From assembly GCA_022813965.1 (NCBI GenBank), contig JALDZS010000110.1, positions 56,956 through 76,955 of the forward strand: a stretch of DNA of 20,000 nucleotides, written 5' to 3'. The stretch is from Toensbergia leucococca. Lineage: Eukaryota. Positions 1 to 10,294 of this stretch are shown piece after piece. How positions within the stretch are numbered: position 1 is the first letter of the stretch; every line of letters begins with the position of its first letter. The notes under the pieces were generated by a model. That model was not told where the DNA came from. It made no database searches and worked only from the letters and a program-made list of their open reading frames with translations. The position numbers and the translations under genes are program-made.

Positions 1-889
1 TCTGTGACTTGGGAGACTGATATATGAAGTATCGATGCGATACGTTGTGCGATAACACTCTTAGAGATGCCTGCTAATCTAAACGACGCCGTTACTTGAA
101 ACTCGCTAAACGTCAGTAAAGCTTCATGGAAAGCAAACTATAAGAAGTATATCCCTGGGGGAAGAATGAAACGACCAGTAGTCGTTGGTTCATTGACCGG
201 ATCCAAAACTCCGTGGATTGGTCTCGAGGTCAGTAAGCCGTCGCAAGAGACATTCTCAACGCCACTCATGCTGAACGCTCAAGGATTGAAATCACATATC
301 AATACTTCTTTTGCTCTGAAGGGCCCATCGTTTTCTTTCTTCTTGCTGCTGCGTTTGAGCATACGAAACGAGGCCGGCCAACGCCAACAATATCTTCCAA
401 CACATCAAGCGAATCTTCATGCCAACACAAACCGAGTCTTTCTCATAATTTACACCATGCTACACCGCATCCTACCAAGACTATTAACATAAACTCAACT
501 CTTTATTCAATCATGGAAGGGCGATGTCAGGACACGTCCGACCTAATGGTCCAGCACATGCACCGGCATCCAGACGTGCATCTATCAGCAGATGCGATCT
601 TCATCGTTTCGGAGATTAGCAGATCCTCCCGCATCAAACTTACGATCGTCACTCAAACAGTCCAGAAGAAGCAACTCATCTCCATTGCTCATGCGGGTAA
701 TACATACATATCATGCAACTGATACAGACGGGCCGTGCAGGAGCTATCGTGTAAATCCATAAGCAGATCCTCTGCTCTCCTTTCTCATTTAATCAGTCAT
801 AAGTAGGGTGGTGTCCCCAATGAAAACAACTTCCCAACTCTGTTTCACAATCGCTAAGAAAGAACAATTGATTTTCCTACTGAATTTCC

Positions 890-2230
890 TGCATTGTTGG
901 TTTCACAAACCCCCCCCCCATCACTCAGCAACCCTCCTATTTCCCTCTAACTTCACACCTCATGAGCTCATCGGTCACACAAAAACACCTCTCTACACCA
1001 AAGTGAAAATCCCCTCCCCCATCCCAACACCCAGCAAGAAAACAAAGAGAAAAAAAACAAAAAAGTTCAATCTCTACTACTAACAAACCCAGACCCACAC
1101 ACCCACACAAAAGATTGAAACGAGCTCAACACCACCATACAATGAAGCCCCAAGCCACCCAATCCCCCCCCTCACCTTCAATCTAGAACAAAAAAAATAG
1201 ACATAAAACCCCCCAACCTCCCTTCAAAAAGCGCCCTCATCACATCCCCAACCCCAAGATCCTAATCCCCCTTTCATAAACTTTCAACAAAACACCAGCC
1301 ATATCTACTACCTGATCCCTTCTCTCAGGCTCAGAAACCCGCACAAGAATATTTTTCAACACTTTTCACAAACCGGTCCTTTTACAGACACAATGCGCAC
1401 CTTCCTCACCGTCACCCTTCTCACACTCACAACTCTCTTGCTTCTGGTTTTTATCGCACCCGCTTCCGGCAATCCGATCCATAGCCTTCATGTGCAGAGG
1501 AGTTATAATGAGACTTCTAGCTCTGGCAATTCGACGGTGAGAGCTTGAGGGGGCGGTGTGAGGGATTGAGGGGTGGGGGTGGTGGTTTGGGGGGGGGTTG
1601 GAGTGCGGATGGCTGTGAGGGGAGGGGGGAGAGGGTTGGTGCGGTGAGTGGGGTGGTATGTGAGGTGGGGGAATAAGTGAGTAAAGAGGGGGGTGGGTGG
1701 AGGATATATACGTTGATGAGGAGGGAGGGGGTGAGTGAGGGTAAAAGGCGCACATTGCGATGGGAGATTTTTCAAAAGTTTGAGTAAGGGAATTTGTGAC
1801 ATTCAATCTTGAGAATAATGTGGTGAACCATATGGCATCAACTCTCGACTGATTGAAGCCACAATTCCCAATTCCCGACGGTCTACTCCCTACTGAAATT
1901 CTCTTATCAGTCAATGGGATTGTTGTTACTTATTTACTACAGACGGGTCTGAGGATTTGATGAATATACCCCTCTATGGCAAGAGAGGGGATGATTCCGA
2001 ATGGTTGTAAGAGAAACTTGGGTGCTGGTTCTGTGATGTTTTGGAATTTTTTGAAATGAGGTTAAGGTGGGTTGAGGAGAAGGCTTTGTGGGTGTTTGAG
2101 GTTTTTGTTTTTTAGAAAGAGAGTTGCTGCGGCTTGGGGATATTGGGTGGTGGATAGACCTTGTTTTGAGGCGAGATTGTGGGAGAATCGTGAACTTTGT
2201 GGGGGAGCACTGAGCTGGCAGGCTTTTGGG
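890..2230. other. Low-complexity region with opposite strand skews (C/A-rich 890-1370; G/T-rich 1540-2230)
   Basis: Plus strand is G-poor with poly-C and poly-A runs up to about 1370, then has dense G-runs at 1549-1741 and stays G/T-rich to about 2230. Confidence 0.7.
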
Positions 2231-2460
2231 ATTGATGATAGCTGAAGGATTCAATTTACGGCGGTGACATGCAGGAAAGCATCTTTTTTTCCAAGGAGGA
2301 ACTGGTCTGAGAATGGGTTTTGATTGCGGTGCTATAACGAAGTCACCACCTATATGTGACGGAGAATGATGTGAAGAAAATGGAGGGAGAAAGGAGATAT
2401 CGGATTCACAGCGAGGCATTTAAAAAAGAAAGATATGCATAGCATTGCAAAACACCCCCA

Positions 2461-4331
2461 TCAAAACTTCCTAGGTAACATCAAGACATCCTGATGCAGC
2501 TCGTTCAGGTTGATCATTGGTGACGACGAAGTAGGCGTCGCAGTAGCAGTAGCGAGATTGTTGCTCGCGGAGGAGGAGACGCTGCTGCTGGGGCCATGAA
2601 CACAGTAGGCTTCCCCGGGAATAAGGTTACTGCAGTCGGATTTCAGACTGGGGTTCCAGGCTTGGAATTGGGCAAAGGTGATGGCGAAGCTGGATTCAAT
2701 CAGGGAGCAATAGTCGCCTTTGGCGATGGTGTACCATTCGTAGCATTGACCTGTTGTGCCTAGGATTGTTGAAAGAGAAGGGGGTCAGTTTCATGTCATG
2801 CTTTTTTGTCTGGGTAGAGGGGATGCAAAAGTGGGCTATACCTGTTGGGGTAGAAGTTGGAGGGGCAAGCACTGGCGACGACGTCGGCGAGCCGGTGGTG
2901 GCATTCCAGCTTGACAGCGGGCTGACGCAGTACCAGAGATTTGGGACTAGGTTTGTGCAGGCGGGATTGATGGATGGATTGATGGCTTCGAAGAGGGGGA
3001 TGGCGATTGTGTTATTTAGGGCTACTTTTTCGCAAATGTCACCGGGCTGGACTTGGTAGTAGCGGCCGCAGTATTGTGTTGTGCCTGTGGTAGGTATTGG
3101 AGATTAGAAAGGTATGTGTCGGCTTTCAATTGAGAGGGAGCTTTCTATTAGGGGTAGATGGGTGACGTGGGAGAGAATGAGGGTGCGTGGAGGGATGGCG
3201 TCTTACCGTGAGCTGTAATCCCGGGAGGTGACACGGTGGTAGTGGCATAGACTCCTGTGTGGGTTGGAGACGCTCCCGCTATCGTCGTTCCATTCCACGT
3301 CGGGTAAGGCGAGCTAATACATATTGTCACATCGGCCAAGAGATTTGTACACTCGCTGTTTATGGTGGGGTTGTATGTAAGAAGAGCCTGGAAAGTGATC
3401 CCAGTGGCCAATACAATACTCGAGCATGTATCTCCACTGACAGTTTTGTAAGTAGTGCAATTCTGCGGCATACAGATACTCGCTCCCGCTTCTAGATTGG
3501 AGCAGTCGGGTAAAATGCCGTTGATGACAATCAAGGTGCCTTGAGCAACATGGTGTGCTTCAGCTATGCTTTCACAATCATCTCCGCTGGTGACTGTGTA
3601 ATATTGATTTGTTAGACAGGTGGCATTGGCGGCGGAGGTGGAATACCCTGGGACTGTAACGTTGGCTGCCGGGGGTTGTACTATTGTGGGGTAGGAGACA
3701 CCACAGAGCTGCTGAACACTTGTCCAATCTTTAGCTAGTTCGTCGTTGTAGCTTGAATATGGCGTTGATTGAAGATGCTGGAATAGAGCTAGTATGCAGG
3801 GTGAGCATTGCTGGCTCTTGGAAAGAGCGACAACGGATGAATCGTCAGTGATGTTCATATTGGAGATGTAATCTGCAGAATCAGTGCCGTCCTTCTACTC
3901 TTCTCTGCTTGAAAAACATGGGGTTCATCACCATTGCACCACTCGCCTGTCCCTGTATCTTTCAAACATGTAAGATTGTACGTAGACCAGAGCAAGTCGC
4001 CATATGTCTGAGCAGGTATTCCCAACCACGGCTGGGCGTCATTTGCGCAAGATGAAATAACAGAGGTATGATAAGAGACTAGCGAGGTTCCGCAGCTCGT
4101 AATACATAGGGAGGACTGCAGGCTGTCATCACCCAAACTTCCATAGTAGTCGGACTGCGAAAGCTGGAGAAGATACGGATCACAGGCCACGGACGATGTC
4201 AGGGCGTTTGTACACTGGGTGGAAAGGTTTACAGAGGAGGAAATGGTATCATTGGGGAAGAGTGAGAAGTCGGCGAGAGTGCAAGTGATGAGTGTCCCCA
4301 AAGCCAAGGTACGGAGGACTTGTTCGAGCAT
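2461..4331 (-). CDS. Secreted LysM-domain protein (signal peptide, Cys-rich N-terminal region, 4 fungal LysM domains), 535 aa
   Basis: Exons 4331-3932, 3872-3207, 3084-2842 and 2759-2461 total 1608 nt, in frame, ending at TGA (2463-2461); introns are GT..AG with CTGAT/CTAAT-type branch sites. Hydrophobic N-terminus MLEQVLRTLALGTLITCTLA. Four LysM repeats: YYTVTSGDDCESIA..NGILPDCSNLEAGASICMP; YKTVSGDTCSSI..YNPTINSECTNLLADVTICIS; YYQVQPGDICEKVA..INPSINPACTNLVPNLWYCVS; WYTIAKGDYCSLI..WNPSLKSDCSNLIPGEAYCVH. Confidence 0.93.
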
Positions 4332-5545
4332 CCTGGGATGATTTATTGGAGACACAGAGAGTAAAGAAAGACAAGAACAACTATATAGGAAAATGTAGGA
4401 ATGAAGCATCAATGATTGATGAGATACGACCATGCGATGTGATGTCTTTTTATGCCCTCCCCTCGAAGTGATTGGTCGGAAAGCACAAATGGACAGAGGA
4501 GAAAAGGAAAAAGGTCAGCAACGTAAGCACAAGATTCAAGCTCAAGTCGTCTACATGGGACCTTAGTGATAGACTACCTAGGTATGTGGCTTGATATTAG
4601 TCTTTCCACTTGTCTTTAGGTCTTACATGAGCCAAGAGTTCAAGGGTCAAGGCTCAAGCTCTGGCCATGATAAAATCATGGGAAATATAGTTGAGCGTCA
4701 TGAATCTTCGGTGATGCCGAAAGACGGCTGCAGTTGGTGGCTGCTTGGCCGCTTGGCTGCAGGTCGTTGGTGCTAATGGAAGTGATGTTGGTGTTTTAGT
4801 TGTCGTCGTCCGCTTAGGGTTGTAAAGCTGGTTCAGGCCTGAGATTTAATGGCCTAGAGTAGCGAGCCTACCTACCTTTTAATTACCTTACCTCGCTTAG
4901 GTATTCTAGAACAAGTAGCCTTCAGACCTATTTCTTTCGGTTAAAATTGCAGTCTCAATCCCTCGAATCAATTTCAGTCATCCAATCTCAACCTTAGATT
5001 AGATACACATATCAAACCTAATCTCTTTCTTCTTTCTTGGATCCTCTCGATCCTTCGTACTACTCTGACTGGGTATATGAGAACCCGCGAGAACACATAT
5101 CTCTCTGGATCATGCTTTTCTGTTTTCTACTCTGCAGCTGCATATCAACCATTGAGACTTCAAAAGGGCTCACATGCCGAGGTAGAACGCCTCCTGCACG
5201 ACTAACAGTCAGCCTGCAGCTCACCGGCGCCATGCTGATGTCAGTAAGCCGCCTTGGATGCTCCTCTCTCCACCCGTGTACATGATATCTTCACACTCGG
5301 CTTGCCGCTTACTCAGTCTTATACATAGTCGAGAACCGCCATCTTGTCCTGGCATACGCCGATACATTATGCCTCTTCTTACCATGCCATCCCATGTGAT
5401 TTCAGCCCCGACACTTTCCAAATCTCTTTGCTCTCTTTCATGTCTGCACTGACTCTTATATCTCTTGTTTCTGGCTTTACTGTTGGCTCGTTGTCCCGAG
5501 AGAAAGCGCGTATCGTGGTGATCAAATACACTCAAGTCAAGCGCA
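4332..5545. promoter_or_regulatory. Shared divergent intergenic region (probable bidirectional promoter) between the LysM and chitinase genes
   Basis: 1.2 kb lying between the two divergent ATGs (4331 minus, 5546 plus), with CT-rich tracts upstream of both starts. Regulatory function is inferred from the gene arrangement only. Confidence 0.55.
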
Positions 5546-8500
5546 ATGCGTGCCATATACATTTCTGCCATCGTACTCGTTCTTGTACTTAGTTGCTTGA
5601 CTGATGACTCTCCCGCGGCCCCTTACACTTGTAGTCCAACTCAGCCCTGCTCGCTTGGGTGTTGCGGCAAAAATGGTGTCTGCGGAATGGGCCCAAGTTA
5701 CTGCAGTGCTGAGAATTGCACTTCGACATGCAACGCCAAATCAGACTGTGACCCGGGTTGGGGCTCGCAATGGTCCTCGGCCGAGTCTTGCCCATTGAAC
5801 GTTTGCTGCTCCAAATTTGGATTTTGCGGTTTGCATAGCTATCTCGTTAATACAAGAATCCATCTAATTCGACTCGATTAGGTACGACACCGGATTTTTG
5901 TGGATCAGAACAGGTCAAATCACCATCTTGTTCGGGTGGAAGCTCTAATCAACGAACCGTCGGTGAATTGCCGTCACTACTTCGCGAATCCTATTCGAGT
6001 CTGTACTGATGATGACAAGGCTACTTCGAAGGATGGTCAACTACGAGATCTTACGACGGAATATTCCCCGAACAGCTTTCAGCGGGTGCATATACCCACT
6101 TGAACTATGCATTTGCTTCTATTGATCCCAATTCCTTTACTGTTGCTCCTATGAGCGAAGGAGATACTGCCCTCTTCCCTCGCTTGACGGGTCTCAAAAC
6201 TACCAATCCAGGACTGCAGGTCTGGATCTCCATCGGAGGCTGGTCCATGAATGACCCTGATCAGCCTACCGCCGCGACTTTTTCGAATCTCGCCGGTTCT
6301 ACTGACGCCCAGGCCACAACTCCCTAATTTCATTCATGGCAACTTATGGATTTGACGGCGTTGACATTGACTGGTATGCCATCTAAATGCTCCCTTGTGA
6401 ATGCGTACAGCTAAAATCAACCAAAGGGAGTATCCAGTTGCTCCCGAACACACCGGAAAGCCCCAAGATTATACCACTTATGTATCATTTCTTGTTAACT
6501 TGAGAAAAGCACTGGCAGGATCTGGCCATACTTATGGACTCAGCATTACAATCCCGTCCTCCTACTGGTCTTTATCTTCCCGTCACTGATTCGCAAAAAT
6601 GAATGCTCATAGAGATTTAGGTACATGCAACACTTTGATATTGTAAGCATCGGTAATGTCATTGATTGGTTCAATGTCATGACATATGATCTTCACGGTA
6701 AGATATTCTATCCTTATTTAAGCAGCGCGTGTTTACAAGGGAGGTATTAATCTGCACAAAAAAAGGCACCTGGGACTCTACCGATCCCTACATTGGACCT
6801 GTCATTAACGCACATACCAATCTTACTGAGATTGATCAAACCATGGATCTTCTCTGGAGAAACAACGTACGTTGCGTCACTCTAGATATATTTTCCTTAG
6901 CTAAGACTAATCCACATCTTAGATTGATCCGAGTAAAGTAAATTTAGGCTTGGGTTTCTATGGCCGAAGTAAGCTCTTCGTAGCTCATCTCCTTCTCCCG
7001 GTACTGATTGTTTAGGTTTTACCCTTAGGAATCCTTCCGTAAGATTCTCTTCTCATCTTCTGGGCCAAGCTCTTTCCCATAGGTAATCAGTGCAATACAG
7101 CTGGAGTCTGTGGATTCAGTAGCGGAGGCAACCCAGGACAATGTACTGCTTCGGCGGGTACTTTGAGTTTTGCAGAGATTGAGCGCCAAGTTGCTAGTGG
7201 TGCCAAAGTAACCTTGGATCAATCTGCTGCTGTCAAGATTGTTACCTGGAGTAATCAATGGGTGTCGTATGACGACGAAGACACTTTGAAATTGAAGATA
7301 GAATATGCAAACTCGAAATGCCTTGGCGGGACAATGGTAGGCTTTGCCGCCTTGAGAAGAATCATCTCAAAGGTTCGTAATACATAGCTGACAGCAACAG
7401 GTTTGGGCTGCGTCCACGGATGATCTCAAGGGTACCGCTGCAGCAGATCTCTCGGCAAGCACCGGGAGACAAGAGCTTAGCCTAGTGGGCCTGCAAACTG
7501 GACAGGATTCCATTGCTCAATGTATATGGGGTGAATGTGGAGCTGACTGTCCTGCTGGAACAACGCCGGCTCAAAGAAGCGATGGTCATGATCGAGGAAA
7601 TGTGGGGCTTTGGAACGGGTGTGCTCTGCGAGGGCTAAGTAGTAAGCAGCGTAATTATTGCTGGTATGTTTTTCATCTTTCTTCCAAGACCATGAAGCTA
7701 ATGAAAATTGACCGTAGTCCCACCAACAGTAATGACAAGGATTACTCCCATTTTGCGAGAAGTCGAAAGCTGACCGAAGACCAGACGTTCCCACTTGTCA
7801 GTGGCGAGGTACTGCGCCATTTTGTAATGGCAAGTGTGAGAATGGGGAGGTACAGGTTACAACAGACCCATCTGGGACAGGTATACTTTTCTTTGACTAT
7901 CTCATCTCAAGAGAATTGCAGTGATTCTAAATCTATTGACAGGGGCAAGTTGCGCGACTGGGCACAAAGCGCTATGGTTCGTTGTAGGAGAGCTATTGAA
8001 TGGGAAGCGCTGACAACCTGGCCTAGTTGCACATCAACAGCTTCTGATACGGCAATTGCTCAATGCAGTATGTTTAAGATCACCCGTATAAGTCGCAAGA
8101 GATAGTAATCTATTTCTCATCAATTTCAGCTTGGGTAGGATCTGCACCATCGTGCGCGAAGAAGGGCCAGGCGGCGAATTGTCCTTCCGGTCTTTCGAGG
8201 ATCACACAAGACTCATTCGGAAGTGGAGGAGATGGTATGTCTATACACTGCTTCTGCTTCATGTATCATGCCGATGATGCTGATGTATTAAAAGCTGCCT
8301 GTTACACGGGCGCCAAGTCATTCTGCTGTCCCAATCCCTCGCCGTACCAGAATTGCGACTGGTTTGCACATGGTGACCAAAGTAATCGATTTCTTGATTA
8401 GTTTTCAAAGTAAACCTATTGACTCGGTGTAACTTTAGTTATCGGAGCTGTCCCTTATGTCTGTGGGACGTATGTATACGTCTTCTCAGTGCCATGAGAT

Positions 8501-10294
8501 GCCGGCTAAATTGTCTTCGACAGCCCTCAAGATTGTCCCGCTGGGAAATACGCAGTGGCGTCGGTAAATTGTTTCCTGGGGGCCGCCGCTTTTAGATCTA
8601 ATGGGTCATTAGGATCCAAGCGGTTGCGGTTTTGGAACGGCCAAATACTTCTGTTGCGATTCTCCCGGCGGATATCCCGAGCTTGACAGCTTTCAGAATT
8701 TATTGAATCTATTCAAGACCGATCCTACTTGCTCACACGGCGAAAGAGTCAACACAAAAAGGGCCACATATCTGACGACTGATCAGATGATGCAATTCGA
8801 TACTATAATGGCTCAAATTCTGCAAAGTAATGGGCAAAGCGCGCTGTCTGTTCTACAGAGAAATGCCTTTGATGCAACCTTAGGCCCTACCCTGGGAACT
8901 AATTCCACGGTGAGAACTTAGGGTTACGATGCCACTTGAGTTCTACCTCTAATGCTACTTTCCAGGCGTTTCAAAACCTCTATGGGTTACTTCCGGGACT
9001 AGACCCTCTATACGTCTTTGAGCAGTTTGCGTAAGCCATACTAGAAGTCCATGACAGCCAACTAACTCACAAGCCGTTACAGATGTTTGGGTGCGAGAGC
9101 AGGTGAGGCTATCGCAGGTATGGGTAGGACACGTACAGAATTGTGTGTTGCGCCGACTATGGTGTACCCTGGCGCTCCTACCCCAACGAACCGCGTTCCT
9201 AGCATGCCTCCGAATGATGAGCTCCGGAAAAGAAATGTTGACAACGATCCAACGGAGCTAGTATTTACTGGCGGTGACCCAGCAGTCTACCCAATGTTAG
9301 AAGGTAAAGTCGTCGTCGTTCCCTCTTTGTACCCTTGGACTGATTGACTAATACCTCTTTGTCCTTTGAAGCTCTGATAAATGATGAATTCACATACATG
9401 TATACAAGAATGTTCCAATTTGACGGTGGCCCAGGTGGAGAGGTGGAAGGTGACCCTTCCGTTTTTATCTGGATACCCACAGTCTATTAACACCGATGTT
9501 GCAGTTGCTTTCCTGCTGGGTATTAATCCTGGGAACATCAATCCACAATATCAAGGAACACAGACAAACCCTCCGGATATGTACTTGGTGTTGCATTTCC
9601 ACGTTTGTCTGTTTCTTCAAAGTCATCACCCACAAGGCCGAGTGCTGACCAATCATAGCTCACATCTTGAACGACGACCAACCCGGCCTATCATGGCCAG
9701 CCGTTTGGAACTTCAACATGTTCGTGAGTGCTTCGCCGTCCCTCCTAACCGCGCCAAAAGATCATGTACATTAGCAACAAAATCTCTGACAGCAAGATTC
9801 AAAACCAGCACGGCCAATTTGCCCACCGTCCTACAGAACCGTACCAACCCAACACCGTAGATGGCCGATCTACCTCAGCCAATGGCTCACGACGACCTCG
9901 CAACGCGCGCGCAATCCTCTTTGACTGTCCCGAAGACGACGTCAATTACTGGTATGCGGGCTGGGTCTACGACGACAGCCAAGACCAGCCAATCGACCAG
10001 CTTGTCAACAGGGTGGGCGTCTATCTCAACCAGCGCAACTATTTCAACACGGCCATCATGCGTGAGGTGAGTGGTGGCAGTGAAATCCTTAGTGTCTATA
10101 CCAAAAGATCCAACGAGTTACCAAAGCTAACCTCGAATCAAATTTCCTTCCTTGCAAAACAGGTCGTCTTCCCAAATCAACCTGGTGAGATTCAATATCT
10201 GGACTTCAGCCGCGTGCAAGCTGGAGGAACGAACCCTTTCACATATGACGGAACGGACTTCCACAATTACATCCTGCCGACAAACTATCCGTAA
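5546..10294 (+). CDS. Subgroup C (killer-toxin alpha-like) GH18 chitinase: signal peptide, 2x CBM18, GH18, Cys-rich repeats, unknown C-terminal domain; about 1,090 aa; frameshifted as assembled (possible pseudogene)
   Basis: Signal peptide MRAIYISAIVLVLVLSC; chitin-binding modules CSLGCCGKNGVCGMGPSYC and CPLNVCCSKFGFCGTTPDFC; GH18 motifs GYFEGW, YTHLNYAFASIDP, ISIGGW, FDGVDIDW/EYP, WFNVMTYDLHGTWD, LGLGFYGRSFTL, WVSYDD, LGGTMVWA. Inferred introns: 5829-5881, 5963-6019, 6374-6426, 6568-6620, 6698-6765, 6867-6922, 6969-7015, 7039-7090, 7337-7400, 7664-7717, 7729-7784, 7881-7942, 7977-8026, 8068-8129, 8235-8294, 8382-8438, 8470-8523, 8564-8612, 8910-8965, 9031-9082, 9304-9371, 9450-9504, 9607-9658, 9724-9808 (or -9796), 10067-10162. 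Spliced length is 3278 nt (3n-1), consistent with one frameshift near 6319. The 3' exons are less certain than the GH18 exons. Confidence 0.9.

Noticed and set aside
166..722. Plus-strand ORFs, including a stop-free frame 237-722
   Set aside because: No recognisable domain, start context or convincing splice model; cannot be supported without a search.
1366..1914. Overlapping Pro/His-rich minus-strand ORFs as intact genes
   Set aside because: All three frames are open because the C-rich low-complexity sequence lacks stop codons; no domain is recognisable.
4332..4433. Upstream ATG (4433) of the 192-aa ORF as the LysM gene start
   Set aside because: ATG 4331 gives a clean signal peptide; the extension looks like CT-rich 5' UTR.
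4575..4584. TACCTAGGTA palindrome and nearby TACCT runs in the divergent promoter
   Set aside because: Short and common in fungal intergenic DNA; no specific factor can be assigned.
6296..6312. 17-nt GT..CTGAC..CAG whose removal would restore the chitinase frame
   Set aside because: Far shorter than any other intron here (47 nt or more), and it would delete the coding-like STDAQ; a deletion frameshift is simpler.
9780..10294. C-ending codon shift as evidence of a horizontally swapped tip
   Set aside because: The LysM gene shows the same 3' C-enrichment, so it may be a general positional gradient.
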